The position numbers were made by a program, and so were the translations under genes. Shown here piece by piece: positions 63,696 through 64,000 of a stretch of 64,000 bases of DNA (its first letter is position 1; each line of letters begins with the position of its first letter). The DNA lies in the NCBI GenBank assembly GCA_002269645.1, contig NIVC01000677.1, forward strand, positions 464,940 to 528,939, read 5' to 3'. Source of the stretch: Macrostomum lignano (lineage: Eukaryota). The notes under the pieces are model-generated. The model was not told the DNA's origin, did not search any database, and saw only the letters and a list, made by a program, of their open reading frames with translations.

Positions 63696-64000
63696 GAGGA
63701 TGTCACAGCCTCTCCATCTGGCTGGTGGATTCAGAGGATGTCACAGCCTCTCCATCTGGCTGGTGATTCTGAGGATGTCACAGCCTCTCCATCTGGCTGG
63801 GTGGGATTCAGAGGATGTCACAGCCTCTCCATCTGGCTGGTGGATATGAGGATGTCACAGCCTCTCCATCTGGCTGGTGAGATTCAGAAGATGTCACAGC
63901 CTCTCCATCTGGCTGGTGGGATTCTGAGGATGTCACAGCCTCTCCATCTGGCTGGTGGGATTCTGAGGATGTCACAGCTCTCCATCTGGCTGGTGAGATT
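63696..64000 (+). repeat. ~38-nt minisatellite (GAGGATGTCACAGCCTCTCCATCTGGCTGGTGGATTCA), runs off the window end
   Basis: About 8 units. Confidence 0.93.

Overview
Eukaryotic (animal) genomic DNA, not prokaryotic: GC-rich exons, GT-AG introns and more than 30 distinct mini/microsatellite arrays. The style is consistent with a free-living flatworm such as Macrostomum; this is an inference and not a database result. By hand I could reconstruct these spliced genes: an atypical AGC-like protein kinase (+, 2 exons), a secreted and probably GPI-anchored Ly6/uPAR-type protein (+, 2 exons), a divergent class-A-like 7TM receptor (+, 2 exons), two complete tandem 13-exon ionotropic glutamate receptor (iGluR) family paralogues (-, 848 and 852 aa, identical intron positions and phases), a type-I membrane mucin-like gene (+, frameshifts inside the Thr repeat) and a coiled-coil gene split by a frame break (+). 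Mobile DNA comprises two tRNA-derived SINE families, a LINE 3' remnant and a 656-bp Mutator-like non-autonomous element with a perfect 9-bp target-site duplication. Most long ORFs in the supplied track are artefacts of tandem repeats. The most interesting signals are: (i) the divergent, ATD-containing iGluR pair, with altered ligand and gate residues, an RFX X-box upstream of one copy, and patchy near-identity (likely gene conversion) between copies; (ii) introns inflated by intron-private minisatellites that differ completely between paralogous introns; (iii) an AT-rich island with a TpA-rich, CpA/TpG-poor, RIP-like dinucleotide skew. No CRISPR, rRNA or bona fide tRNA gene is supported. All counts and alignments were done by eye.
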